Shown: one piece after another, positions 13,301-28,300 of the stretch
Layout: each line of letters opens with the position of its first letter
How positions within the stretch are numbered: the stretch's first letter is position 1
From: Antedon mediterranea
Taxonomy: Eukaryota; Animalia; Echinodermata
Direction of reading: 5' to 3'
Assembly (NCBI RefSeq): GCF_964355755.1
Contig: NC_092679.1
Location: forward strand, 17,715,432 to 17,779,431
DNA length: 64,000 nt
Translations under genes and position numbers: made by a program
Notes under the pieces: generated by a model
Database searches by the model: none
What the model was told of the DNA's origin: nothing
Seen by the model: the letters and a program-made list of their open reading frames with translations, nothing else

Positions 13301-16300
13301 TTAATGTTTAGTGTCAGCAAATGAACGAATAAGAGATTCATACTACTAACTATACAGTTATCCCTTTCACATTGCCAGCAAAACTTTGTTTGTTATTTAA
13401 CACAACGCATTAACACAGGCGTTTAGTATACTGTAGTGTGTACGCCAGTTTTGATAGCTGATATGAAAGGGGTATACAAGTAGTTTAATTTCACTAAAAA
13501 CGTCTCATAGCAGTTTTCAGCATACATTACCCTGTACCACTGAGTGAAAGTTTAAATAATTTTAGAAGCACTGTATATTATTTTTTTTCAATTAAAACAT
13601 TTAATTTAAAAATTTAAATTTTGTATGGAAATATTTCACTTTTTAAATTAATATTATTAGAATTTAAATGTATTATAGTTTACTAAAGTTATACTGTTGT
13701 AGTAGGCCTACAATTTATAAAAACTATTTCTATTTTCACCTTTTATTGTCACAATATTGACATGCTATGCTGAGAATGTCATAAATAAGCCTACTGTATG
13801 ATGATTTATTCCTTGGACTTTGAATAAACTTCCAAGCTGAATATGCTTATAAGAAAATAGAGAAACGAATATAAACTTAAGAGATACTTCTACTCAACAA
13901 CACTAACATTCAGTAGAAAAGTTGATTCTCAAATTGTTGGCTACTGTATGTTCCATATATTCTTATGTATAATCCCACTTCACATTCCCTACTTTTTGTC
14001 TACTCTGATTTCACAAACAGGCATTTCCCTGGGTATAGTCCCAATATTGATGTTCGGTTTGAATGTAGGCCTCTCTCCAGTCAGTTCAGATGCTTACCAA
14101 TCATTTTTTTCCTACAAACCAGGGTTCCCTGGGTATATAGTTCCAATTTTGTGTTATTTGAGTGGGGTTATACAGTACCTACTGTACCTGTACCAGGAGG
14201 GTTAGGGAGAGGTCTAATAGGCCAATTTAATTTAATTTTGCATCTGAAAAATAAATTATTTACCCAATTAATAATAAAGATAAAAAATAAAGTTGTCTGT
14301 GTAACAATGGGATTCTGGTTAAATGTAAACCATTTATATTACAAAATCATTGTGTTGTTTTACAGCGAAAGTAGAACTACAAATGGCCAATTCAAAGTTT
14401 GATTATATTCATCTTTATTTGTCATTTTTTGACAATAACAATACAGAATATCTATTTGGAAATGTCTATGTACTGCTGTTGCCACCCATTTCTTTTCTTG
14501 TTGTACTTTGTCAGTGAGTATTCTAGTACCCTTAATACAGCGCTCTGCAAACTTTTTAATAATCTAGACACTTCGCTGTTTGTCGTAAGCTGCATATGGC
14601 TAAAATAAAGGCGCTTACTGTGCTACGCTAAAACATTTTTTTCATCAATTTCTCCAGCCACCCCGCGACCTCCAAAAATTCTGAATTTAGGTCACGGCTC
14701 ATAGTTTGCAAAATGTTGTCTTAAAATACCTGTTTTATGAGAGTCTACTTTTGTATCCCTGTATAATATATTTTTTTTTTCTCGTCTACAGTTGTCCACC
14801 ACGAACGTTTCTCCCGGCTTTGTGCAGGATATTTTTGGATGAACAAGCCCCAGATAACGTTCTTGAAGTAACTGCACGCGCCATCACCTACTACCTGGAT
14901 GTTTCCGCAGAGTGCACCCGACGTATCATTGCAGTAGATGGCGCTGTCAAAGCCATCTGTAATCGTTTGGTTGTCGCTGAGCTCTCTTCGAGGACAAGTA
15001 GAGACTTGTCTGAGCAGTGTATTAAGGTACAGATTCAGATTCGATTTATTAATTCATTCATACATATACAGAAGTACAATGATAATTGTTTTCTTGGCAG
15101 ACAAACAAAACAATACACACAATAATATTTACATTAATGATCAACATGGAACAATATAATATTTCATAAATTTTGAACTGAATTTAATACAGTCAACTCT
15201 CCCATTACTTTTGGGCAGGCCAAATGGTTTTCCAGAAAGTCTGGTATTTGGAATGTCTTTTTAATGGTAAAAAGAAATTTAGAACATTTTGAAAGTCTGG
15301 TATTAGAAGAGTTTCTGATTTTCAGATAGTCCGGTATTGGGAGAATTGACTGATGTCTGAGAACAAACACAAATTTGCGGGTGGTATTACAGTATTCTCT
15401 TGAAAGAATTATACTCGTACAGTTGTACAGTAATGTTCAGTTAGAAATATCCCCGCAAATATTATAATTTTTAACAATATACATTATATTTGTAATATGT
15501 CAATATACTATAATATTGAATAAATTTCTATGTCTGTCCATGATTATTCAACTGTTTAATCCGCAAAGAAGTAATTAAGTAGCCTGTTCTGTCTATGCCG
15601 TGTTAAAGTCATTTATCATACACAATACATAATTAATTTTACAATGGGACACAATACATACATACTAAACCGTACATGATTGTATTTGAAGGAAATGTGG
15701 ATTTATAATGCATAAATCAACAGATTGTCTTAAGCCTTGTCTACATTACAATCAAACTTTATGTGACAAAAAAAATGTGGTGTGCCGCCCATATATGAAA
15801 ATGATGATGTCATATCACAATAAAAACAATGTACTCTGGTGTTTAATCAATGTTTGAAAATACTCTAAATAAAAGGAAAATATAAAAATTTATTTTAAAC
15901 AGGAACTACTGTAAAAACAGGTTTTAATACAGATCCTTCCATTTGGAAACCCTATTAAGGCAACAATTTGTCAGGAAACAAATTAGAGGCAATGTATTTG
16001 TTAAGACTATTCAGGAGGCACCCCTATTAAGGGGACATCCTGTTAGGTACAGTAATACCCTTAATAGGGTATACTAGGGTGAATGGACTGATTAATTGCC
16101 CTTGTTGTCTTTTTACAGGTGTTAGAACTGATGTGTACCCGTGAATCAGGGTCTGTATTTGAGGCAGGTGGTCTGAACTGCGTTTTGTCATTCATCCGTG
16201 ACAATGGTAGTCAGATCCACAAGGACACGCTTCATTCTGCCATGTCGGTCGTGTCACGGCTATGTGGCAAGATGGAGCCTAGTGACACCTCGCTGGAAAC

Positions 16301-19300
16301 GTGTGTCCAGTCTCTGTCCACGCTTTTGAATCACGAGGATGGACACGTAAGTATTATTGTTTACTTACTATTATTTATTATTATAAGGTATATACTTACT
16401 GAAAATGTCTATTAAAATTCAAGAAAAAAAGGGTTCATTAAAAACTTCACAAATAAAAAAAAAGAAAAATTTGTATTCTTTTAACACGGATCGAACTATC
16501 AACATGCGCCCTCTGTGGAAAAGCTTTGCCTACTTCACTCAGTTTCCGAGTGCTTTCATTAACCTATTACCACTTTTCTGTCATCTAGCAAACTCTATAG
16601 GCATCAACACTCGTGTTTTGTATGGTGTTCGCTTGGGTGTGTGTGTAAACGCTACAGTTTTGCTAGGCGATGTAATTTGTAAAGGGGGGTATTATACTCA
16701 CTACGAATGAAACCGGGAAGCAAAAAGCAAAGCAAATTTTTCTTTTTTATTCCCAAAAAATGTGTGTAAATCATAAAATAATAATATAAAATACATACAA
16801 ACTTCATCAACAAATATTTAAAAAAAAAAGACCAAACTAAATCAGCTTTTGATATTTGAGTTTTTGTTATTGGGAGGTTACTATCAGGTTTTCTGATCGA
16901 TCAGTCTGCAATTGATTTATATGTTATAAAAGAAACTAAAGTACAGTAAAATTAAAATCTAACAAAAATAACTAATCATACTGTTGCTAAGATGGAGTCC
17001 TTAATAGTTTTCAAAACATATAACCATTTATTTACTTAGATAGTGATTTTTTGCCAAATTGAGAAATCCAATCAAAATAGATAAAAGAAAAAGAAAATAA
17101 AGTAAAATTAAAATCTAATAAAATTCAACTTATCATAATGTTACTAATAGTTTACTGATACTAAACATGTAACCATTTATTTACTTTAGATAGTGATTTT
17201 TTTAAAAATTGAGAAATCCAATAAATTGTTTATTTAACTGGTTATCATAATGAGATGGGGAGCACTTAAAAATGATTTGTAAAAACCAGCAGGTGAAATT
17301 AAAGTAAATGGCTAGATATCCATTGACCATGAGATGAAGAGCTTAGAATACTGTACTGTCCATTTAGATTGAATAGACAAGTCATGTTTAATATCATACA
17401 GTATACCAACAAGAAACTAATTTTATTCAATGATATTTGAGCATATTTTATTTGAATTTGGAAGATAAATATTTTATTTGAGTGGTAATTAATATTTAAT
17501 AATAATAAAATTCTAAATTTATATAATATCTACTTTTTATACCTCTCCCCAACGTTAAGCTCTATTATAACAGTATGTACACTAAAGAAATAGTTTTAAT
17601 AAAAAAAAAACCAAAAGAAAAATCAAGCTATGATAAACAAAACACTTACAGATTAAATGTCCTTTTTGTTTATTGCAGACAAAGGAAACAAAATACTTTC
17701 AGTCTGTTGAAATTGATTATCATTGGAATAACAAAAACATCAGGGTACTTTAAAAAATGCTTGTATATCATCATAGAGTTTAACTGTGATATTACAAAAT
17801 GCATATTTTTATACTAGCCCAAGTATTTTTTACTAAAAGGTACTAGTCCTTAGCTTAACTGGAATCTGAGGATATTTGTATTAAACCCTCCACGGCCGAG
17901 TAACACACTGGGAGATGATCCCCCACTCTTGTAAATTGTGTACAAACATGAACTATACAGAGGACCAACGGCTTTACGTCCCATCGGAAGGACAAAATAG
18001 ATGTTACTGTACATATTGGGCTACAGTACAGTAAACTCTCCCAAAACCACACTTTTCTTGAGGCCCATAAGGTCCCAAATGTGTTAATACCATTAAAAGA
18101 ATATTCCGACTTTTTCTAGAAAACCAGGCATATTATTATTGGGCCAGCCTAAAGGTGTCTGGTATTGGGAGAGTTGACTGTACTGTACTACTAAATCAAG
18201 CCTTGATTATTTTACATGAAATGTACTTGAATTGTAGTGCTACTATATTACAGAAACAGTGTTTACAAACCACATCACTTCCTTTGTGTGATGAATACAA
18301 CACTTACCAGGACAGTACAACTCTAATTTAAACCTTACGGTTTCTATTATTAGCATTTTGTTTGTTATGATTTTAATCAGCGCTAACAGAAAGAAAAATA
18401 GGCATCAGCTTCCTTTTTCAATGCAACAGAAACAAAGAAAGGATGATTCTGTTTAATAATCATCTTTAATTATTTCCTGTATGGCGGTCGTGTCTGGTGA
18501 TACAGTACCACTGATAGTGGGATTGTCACTTCCACCAGTGTTTTGTTTACTCAAGTGCGTCAGTATATTTACAGGGAATCCCCTCTACTTGTTTTCTGGT
18601 GTATTGTGACAATGCTGATATGGATCATAGTTCAATGTCACAAATTAGGTCAATATTTTTTATTGAGAATTGTGTATATCAAAACAGTGTCAATAAAAAC
18701 ATTGTGATTTGCTAGAATTAGAATATGATTTTATTTTTACATGTATCCAATACAATTGTTTATGATCCACGTAGGCCTACAGTATTTATCACAATTATAA
18801 TATAGTAGTTTAAATAATTACATTTTAGAAGTATAAATACTAATATATATTTTATAATTTCAAATGTATAAACCATTTTGACATATTCTTAAATTATGTT
18901 ATTGATATGATAACAATATTGTAATATTTCTTTAACTTTTTACCAGTGACAATACATACAGAAATGAATAGGATCTTAACTCTTTCAAGAAAATAATTTT
19001 TTTGCATCAACTATTTTCGTTCATTTATAGGTTTCTGATGGCGCACTTCGCTGCTTCGCATCTCTTGCCGACCGATTTACCCGACGTGGTATAGATCCTG
19101 CCCCATTGGCCAAGCACGGACTCACCAAGGAGCTGTTAGAGCGCCTGTCTAATTGCGGAATACCAAAATCACAGACTCTGGTTGCCAAGGGCGGCACACC
19201 AACGACGACAGCTGGTAGTACCCCAGACTCCAAGAGCAATCATAACATATCGACCGTAATAAGTTTGCTGTCTACGCTTTGTCGAGGATCGCCGGGTGTC

Positions 19301-22300
19301 ACTCATGTACGTATAAACTTATTAGCCTTTCTTTTTATTATTCTTTATCTGCACAATCTTCATTTCATATCAGTCAAATTAAGTGGTTAGTTTTTACAGT
19401 AATAGTGCAAAAAGATAGATATGTCAAAGTTGCAGTCCCATTTGCCCAGGAAAACTAACCGTTTGTTTTGCAATACATTTCTTTACTTATCTAAAAATGA
19501 CATAAATATATTCACCTAAAATGTTTTTCTGTATTCACACTCCGGACAATGATCAAAGTATATATTGATTGATATATTGATTAAAAAGTCAAGAATTTTT
19601 CAGAACTATATGTGGTGTAAAATAAAATGTTTGTGTTGTGCCTCCTTCATAAATTAAATGACCCACTTGTTTCATGTTTGTCATAGAGATATACTCTATG
19701 TTTTTCATGAATAAATCCAATCCAAATAGGCAAATCTATCTACTAAATTTAAGAGTCAGCTGTGTTCATAGAAAAAATACGTGTTTGTCTGATTTGCAAT
19801 TAGAGTTCGAATTCCGCGTAATGTTGAATTAAATTTATCAACGGTTCATTTTAAGCATTCTTTTCCTTCATATATTAAATTTGATTTTCATTACATCTTT
19901 TCCTTCATATATTAAATTGTATTTTTATTATGAATATAAACTTGGAGTAATTCGTTCTATTTATTATTTTCAAGTTCATTGAGAAGGTCAAGCCCTTTGT
20001 TTACATTGCTTATACAGTACAAGTTCATAAATTAGCTTTGTTCACATTCTTGATGGCTTTCTCATCAAGGGCATTGTTTTCTACTCAAGTCTAAAAATAT
20101 CCTGGAATGTTTACTGATTATTTTAAATAATAATGATAATATACTAGATTTGAACTTATCACCAAGATGAGTTCTACCCCATTTCTGCAAAATATAACAA
20201 CTTGTTGTAACCAGGTTTGCATTTTGTGAATACAATTTTGTTTTTTCCGGGAGAAAAACACACCGATTTCTCATAGTTCACGTATATGTATGTTCATGTA
20301 TGAAAACGTGTAATAAATTGGGAGATCAAACCATTTTTATGCAGATGTGAAAATGGTAAATATTAGGTTTTGTGGGAAATGTAAATGTACTTTGTAATAC
20401 ATGTGCAGAATCGTGTATATATATACTAAATTTATGAGTAGATGTATGCGTCGGGGAAGATTGGTATAGTGTTAAATCTGTTAACAGCATAGGTGACATA
20501 AGAAGATTAGACCCACTTAAGTTTTTATATTAATCATTTTAAAAAAGGCAAAGTATAATATAGATAGAAAAAATATTGAAAATGAAGATAAAGATTTTCA
20601 ATATTTATGTTCATAGTGCCAAAGATTGTCATTCTTTTATTATAGTTTTAATGTTGTTTGTTTATTTTATTTTATTTTTTTTCTTAATGTTCATTTTATT
20701 GTTATGCTTCCTATGTTTAAAGGCTTTTTTAAAATAATTTTTAAATTGATTAGAGTATTGTAAATTCGATTACTAAATATTGTTTTCACTATTTTTTTAA
20801 AGGATTTATTGCGATCTGAGTTACCAAACGCAATTGAGAAAGCCCTGCAGGGAGATGAAAGGTTGGTAGTTCAATTATATCAGAAAATATCAACTTGAAA
20901 CAATATGTTTTAAATGATATAATGTTTCTTTATCTAAGACTTAGGGTATCATATACAGAGAAGTTGACTTGAAAAATATAACCTCTGTCGGGGTTTTATT
21001 GTTCATTGTTTTTAGGACAGTGTTTAATATTACATGGATTAGTAACAAACCTGTGTTGTCTTTTGTCATTTAAGTAAATTTTAATGTCCCAATAATTAAA
21101 AAGGTTTTTTGTTTTTGAATTTGTTTTTAAAAGATTGGATTTGTAGCTTGGTGGTTAGGAAGCTTGGCTAATGATCCTACAGTAGGGTAGTAAGCTCAAA
21201 TCTTGTCAGATGTCGGAATTATTTCTTATTTCAAAAAACAACTCTCAAAGATTATTATTATTAATTATTATTGTGTAGAGTATTTAACCACCTATTCCTC
21301 ATAGGAGAATACGATATAACTCTCCTTTGGAACACCCCTATTAAGGGGACACATGTGACAATATATGGCCAACCCCTTTTCAGGGACACCTCTAAAGGCA
21401 CAATTTGTTGTGTCCCCTTAATAGGGGTTCTAATAATGATAAACAGTAATGTGTCTCTGTTTAGTTGTGTCTTGGATACAATGTGGATTTGCTAATAATG
21501 TTTCTATTTGAAGGGAATCTTTGTTGGGTCCTTAAGGTGTCCCCTTAATAGAGGTTTTACAGTACTAAATACGTTGTAATGTATCTCTGATTAGATGTGT
21601 CTTGGATACAATGCACCTCATTGATTTGCTAATGGTGTTTCTATTTGAAGGGGCATTTTTTTAGATCCTGAATGTGTCCCATTAATAGAGGTTTTACAGT
21701 ACTAATAAATTGTAATGTATCTCTGATTAGGTGTGTTTTGGATACAATGTGGATTTGCTAATAATGTTTCTATTTGAAGGGAATCTTTGTTGGGTCCTTA
21801 AGGTGTCCCCTTAATAGAAGTTTTACTGTATTAATAAACTGTAATGTATCTCTGATTAGGTGTGTTTTGGATACAATGCGTCTTGTGGATTTGCTAATGG
21901 TGTTGCTGTTCGAAGGACGTAAAGCACTGCCTAAAACCAGTATCACTATCGGAGGGTCTACCCGCATGTCGGGATTAAGAAGACTTGATAGTTCAGGTGA
22001 ACGCTCTCATCGTCAACTTATTGAATGTATACGAAGTAAAGATACGGATGCCTTGATTGATGCTGTTGATACTGGAGGTAGGAAATATTAATTTAAATAC
22101 TAGTTAAGCTCTGTCTACACTATCAAACTAGTGTGATGTGACCAAATATGGTAAATGACATCATCGTGTCCATATATTGGCACATCACATATTTCTGTCA
22201 CATATAATTTGATAGTATAGACTGAGCTTTAAATTAATTTCTTCTATACCATTCGTAAGTCTCACTTTGTAGAAAGCTTTTTTTTTTTTATTTCATAAAA

Positions 22301-25300
22301 TCTTAGTTTTTATTTAAGTGTTTATTTTCAAATGCAATATCTGGAGAGAACAAATAATTGTGATGCTTGTTTTTATTCCATTCCATCATTTATGTACAAA
22401 TACAATGTTTGTAAATTCAATTGAAAAAATAATTTCTTTGAATGTTGATCAGTTTATGTTCTACAATACAAAGTCTCAGCAATACCCTTCATTGAGACAT
22501 AGGTAAATTTGAATAGAGCCTAGCTGTTTTGTGCATGGACACATGTGAAAATAGTGTAACAAAACCAGTTTACTGTCTAATGTTTGAAAGTTACAATGCA
22601 TTCTCTATACCAAGCAAATAATTTTATATATTTGTACAGCTTTTGAGGTGAATTATATGGATGATGTTGGACAAACACTCCTTAACTGGGCATCTGCCTT
22701 TGGTACACAGGAAATGGTGATTATCTTTTATTATACAATTTTATCCTGTTTTACTTTTACTTTCTGTGTTATCAATAGGATTCAATACATTCTTTATGGG
22801 TGTGTGCATGTGGGTGTATTGTTTTAAACAAAATGAAAAAACCAATAGCTTTGATTGTTATTTTAATGAGGCAAATGAGAATATGATGTAATTCCTATTT
22901 TGGTGATTTTGGTCTCAACTGCATTAATTAAAACATAGAAATAAATACCTTTGAAAATTAAATATGTATGTATATAATATGATTGCAAGTTGTCTGTTGC
23001 AAGGGCAGAAAATGTGTCAATATTTATTATTATAATACGATATACTGTAATTCTTATTTTGGTGATTTTGGTCTTAACAGTTATGCTTTAATAAAAACAT
23101 AGAAATAAATAGAGTACCTTTGAAAATATAATATGTATGTACCGATTGCAAGTTTTATGTCAAAAAAAAGAAAATGGGATAATATTGAAATTTTAAATTA
23201 TGAGCGCAATAAAGGAAATATATCAAAATTTGTTTACATCTAATTTCGAATAAGATTACTGATAGGGATATTTATCATTTACCACTGGTAACAAAATCTG
23301 GGAAAGATTGTTTAAAAACATCAATTTATTTAAGGGATTAGGTTGATTTTTTACAGATTAAGTTGATTATTATCATGTAGCCGCTTTCGTTGGTGACTGT
23401 AATCTGATGTTAGCATCTCTGTTCATAATTGATATAATTGTTTATATTAATTTTCTGATACCATGATAATATTACAGGTTGAATTTTTATGTGAACGTGG
23501 TGCCGATGTCAACAGAGGACAGCGTTCTTCTTCACTTCATTACGCTGCATGCTTCGGCCGACCCCAGGTCGCAAAGGTCAGTCCTAAATAAGTCAAATAT
23601 TAAGATTTAAAAGATTATACTTTGATTTTAGAAAATAATTCAATCCATATTTTGGTTATTAATAATCCGTTTATCAGATTTTAACAATATTTATTGGTCA
23701 ATATTGAATTCACAATTCTGTGTCTTACATTTAAAGTTACTCGTTTTATATTTCCCTGTTGGTTATTTCCCTGTTTGCTGTTCCACTGTTTAGTATTGTA
23801 CACTCTTTGTAGACATTGTAGACAATCCTCTCTTTAGTATAATATTTTGAAAATACTTTTTGCAGACTTTACTTCGCCATGGAGCCAATCCTGATCTTCG
23901 GGATGAAGATGGTAAGACCCCGTTAGATAAAGCACGTGAGAGAAACGACGAAGGGCACAGAGGGGTTGTACAGGTGCTCCAGTCACCAGGTAATGAAGTT
24001 TTTTTTATTTTTATAAGATTTACATTCACATGCACAAACAACTAGATGCTAATCATTGGCCTGTGGCCAGATTCATCATTCACACTTGAGCTAAGGGAAA
24101 CACCTTTAAAATTAAATAAATCTCCTCTCTAAAGCTTGGTCTACACTATCAAACCAGTTTGACAAAAAAAGTGTGATGTACCCAAATATGGCAGTGATAT
24201 GCCCAAATATGGTAGTGATATGACATCATCATGTCCATATATAGGATATCACATTTTTTTGTCACATAAAGTTTGATAGTGTAGACAGAGATTAAAGATG
24301 TGTGTGCATTTGTGTTTGTACAAAAAGGGATAAATAAGGGTTATCGCAAATTGCATGAGCGATGCATAATGGGAAGGGTGTTGGAAGCAATAGCGCAACT
24401 ACCAGTATATAAAGTTTGTATTATACTGTGGCGCTATTTCTTCCAAACCCTACCCATCATGCATTCTGCAATTAAGTTTCTCACGAAATCAAGGTATTTG
24501 CGATAAACCTTATGATATAAGGTTAATATTATGGCTTGTAATGTGTTGTTAGCATGTAGCATGATTGTAATATTCTTACAGACAAAAGCCGAACTTGCCT
24601 CATTAACAGACGAGATTGCTTTACGACGACGAGTCTTTAGTGAATACAATTTAAGAGAAATACTTAAATATTTAAGGGAAATATCTCACTTAAGTGTGAT
24701 TGGTGAATATGGCCACCGATACCCAGGATATCATGCTAAATCGCCAGATGATTTACGTTCCCTCGGTATCTGTTATACTATGGTTGTTGAAATTAGCATA
24801 ATCCATTTTACTTGTAATCATCCTTATACATTATGGTATACCTCTTCAGGCCTCATGGCCCATAAGGCTTATAGGTATAAGTTTACTTTTTTCATTTTAG
24901 TTATGATATATTGTTCTCTTTTTTTTTTTTTATGAATGAACACAGGTGAATGGATGGTACCAGTTACCCCTACAACAACCACTACCACGACCACCACCGC
25001 TAGCCCAGCCACCAAGGAAGATGTTTCCAAAAAGGGGGAAAGTATAGTAACCACACCCAGTACACCACCACCCTCAGGCCCCAAAGGAGACCCTGAAATG
25101 GCCCCAGTGTATCTTAATAAACTATTGCCTATATTTGCCCAAGCCTTCCATCACACCATGATGCCTTCTATAAGGTGAGTGATCATGTGCTTATTCCTGA
25201 TCGTCATATCTGCTAAATTTTATTTCAAACTAATGCTTGGTTCCCACTGAGACAAAACGCAAGGACGTAAGCACAACAGAAGTGATGTGACCAATCACGA

Positions 25301-28300
25301 TGCGGTTGATTATTCAAACTGTTGCTTCTTATTGGTCAACTCGCTTGTGTTGCTTCTACAGTGAGAACCTCACTTAAACCGACAACATTAATCACCAATT
25401 ATATGCATTTAAAAAAAAAAATTAAAATAATCTTATTATTGATAATATGCTATTTAAATTATACATTATAAATACTATACCTCATTTCAGAAAAGCAACC
25501 CTAGCCTTGATCCGTAAAATGGTACATTATATATCGTATAATCAGTTATTTGAAGTGTGTGACGTAGATGCCTCTGGAGTTCACTTTGCTGCTGTATTAG
25601 TGGAGGTTTTAGCCAATGTTCTTGACCAAGAGGTAATGTATACAACACCCAGGGTGTGTTTCTTCCTCTCTCATTATTGTCTGTTGGCTATTCGTCTTGT
25701 GTAGACATTGTGTACGCTAGTCAATTCCATGATTATCTTCCGGTGGTTCGATAGTCTCTCATTGCCTTCCAATCTCAAGATCCAGGGTTCAATCTTGACC
25801 TAGTGCCAGGGTTGTAACTTACAACTTTTTCAACTCCCTAAGGCTCAAATGAGACTTAGTTTGTAACGACGATAAATTATGAAATAGTTTTTTATCCATG
25901 CTGTAATTGGCGAGTTTGTCACTGTTGGATGCATATGAATTTTAAACCAAAAAAAATAACACGCACTTTACAAATTATATTAAAATACATTGTTTACATT
26001 GTATTACAGGATGACGATGAAGGCCATTTAACCGCCCTGCAGATTATCCAAGACTTAATGCAGAAGGGACTAAACCTATTTCTAGATCATTTTGCTAGGC
26101 TTGGTCTGTTCAGTAAGGTAGCAGCCTTGACTGGGCCAATGGATGATTTAGATGATGATGCTGCACAATGTGGTGACAAGAAACAGGTAATGGAAGTGGT
26201 GTCTTTGTGGTTTGGTTGTCCTTGGTTCTAATTCTTCCTTTAACAGTATGTTAACTTCTTGTTTCTGTTCTGGATTATTACCTATTGCTAGGAGGGGTAG
26301 CTGGTTCATTTTAGTTAAAGCGATACAATTTCTTAAGGGACTCTTACCCAACATGTATCATTTTTATAATAAAAATAATATCCTGGATTTATATAGTGCC
26401 TAATGTTGTGAAACCTCTAAGCGCTAAACATTATTACCACAGTCTTTTTTTTGGATCAGACCTGTATGGAAACATACTCCCATAATATATGTTGTATTGT
26501 ATGTTATAAAAAAAATGAAACCATAAATCAAATTCTTAAAATGTATTTTCTTTCTAGGAAAAAGAAATAGTACAAATCGAAGACGCGAAGGAAATTCTGC
26601 AGGGAAGGCCGTTCCACTGGCGTGATTGGTGCCTTGCACGTGGTAGAGATTGCTTATATGTGTGGAGCGATGCTGCTGCTCTAGAGCTGTCCAATGGCAG
26701 CAATGGCTGGTTCAGGTTCATTCTCGATGGCAAGCTTGCTACGATGTACTCCAGTGGTAGTCCAGAAGGTGGCTCAGATAGTTCAGGTAAGAATAGATAA
26801 TAATTTATCTTCATTACAAAAGATAAATTGTATTATTTTTTAGGTGGTTTAATCAAGCCATAAAGGCCTGTCAACAAATTAAAAGCAGATTTACTAAATT
26901 TGCAGTCAAAGCCACAAATATCGGATTCTTTTGAAAATTGGAAAGTCTCTCAAAACCAGAGTTTTTCAAAAGATAAAAATTTCTTTTTTCACCATTAAAA
27001 ACACAGACTTCAGAGAAAACTAGATATATTGTTGAGTTGAACGTAGCAGTGTGTCTGGTAGGCCTTTTTGACATTTATCAAAGCACATGGCTCCATGATT
27101 AGAACCAATTTCTCAATAGGGATTGCATAAATATTATTAATACATATTATTAATATTTTATTTACAGAAAGCAGAAGTGAGTTCCTTGAGAAACTCCAGC
27201 GAGCTAAGAGTCAAGTAAAACAAGGTATGACAAGCCAGCCATTACTGACCCACCCAGGACCAACAAAGCTTATTGTTGGCAACTGGTCATTGCAATGTCG
27301 AAAGGATGGAGAAGTGGTCATTCACAATTCAGATGGCCAAGCGGTGAGTGGTATTCTGTGTTTTTTTAATAGTGACCACTAACAAATTAGTTATTCTCAT
27401 TTTTGGAAGAGTTTGTAAGTTCAGGTTTGTTCACTTATACCCCTTTCACACCAAAACTCCGGAGTGTCTCCGGAGACACCCCGGGGTTTATGACCATTCA
27501 AAACGTCGAGAAACTCCGGAGATACCCCTTTCACACCAACCTAGCAACTCCGGGGTTTATAAAATAAAATTGTAAATGTCGCCCTCTATTTTGTTTGTTT
27601 ACATAGCGACGATCATTAGAATCATTTTAATTAATAATATGTTTAATTTAATAATTACTTTCAAAAGTCTCAGAAGTAATATAATGTTTTATTGATACTA
27701 CTTATCATTTTTGAACCCGCTATATATGTTGTACAAATATTTAAAGTATTTTGAAATAAAACTAAAGCAATGAGTGATCGTGTGAGGATGACCTTTTGAC
27801 CCGAAACACTCCGGAGTTTGATGTTGGTACCTTTCACACCAAAACACCGGGGTGTCCCCGCAGTTCGCTCTCCGGAGAATGTTCAGCTGTTCAACCCCGC
27901 AGTTTTAAACTCCGGAGTTGCTTGATTTTACCTTTCACACCAAACAGCGGGACGTCAACTCCGGGGTGTCTCCGGAGTGTCTCCGGAGTTTTGCTTTTGG
28001 TGTGAAAGGGGTATAATACTATGCAATATATACATTATCAATTCATTTTGTTCTCTAGTAACTTGTATATGTTTTTCTTACAGCAAGCTACAATATTGCG
28101 TGAAGATCTTCCAGGCTTTATTTTCGAATCTAATCGTGGAACAAAACACTCCTTCACAGCTGAAACATCACTTGGCCCAGAGTTCTCAACAGGATGGACG
28201 GGCAAAAGAGGCAAGCGGCTTAGATCAAAGGTTGAGCAAGTCAAACAAAAGGTAAAGGTATATAAATTATAAATACTGTATACTATACTGTACTATACTA

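Noticed and set aside
13948-14608. Overlapping intronic ORFs of 69-145 aa
   Set aside because: No motifs, no splice phase linking them to HECTD1, composition typical of AT-rich non-coding DNA.
24531-24935. 134-aa intronic ORF
   Set aside because: Crosses unrelated nested repeats and shows no recognisable domain.
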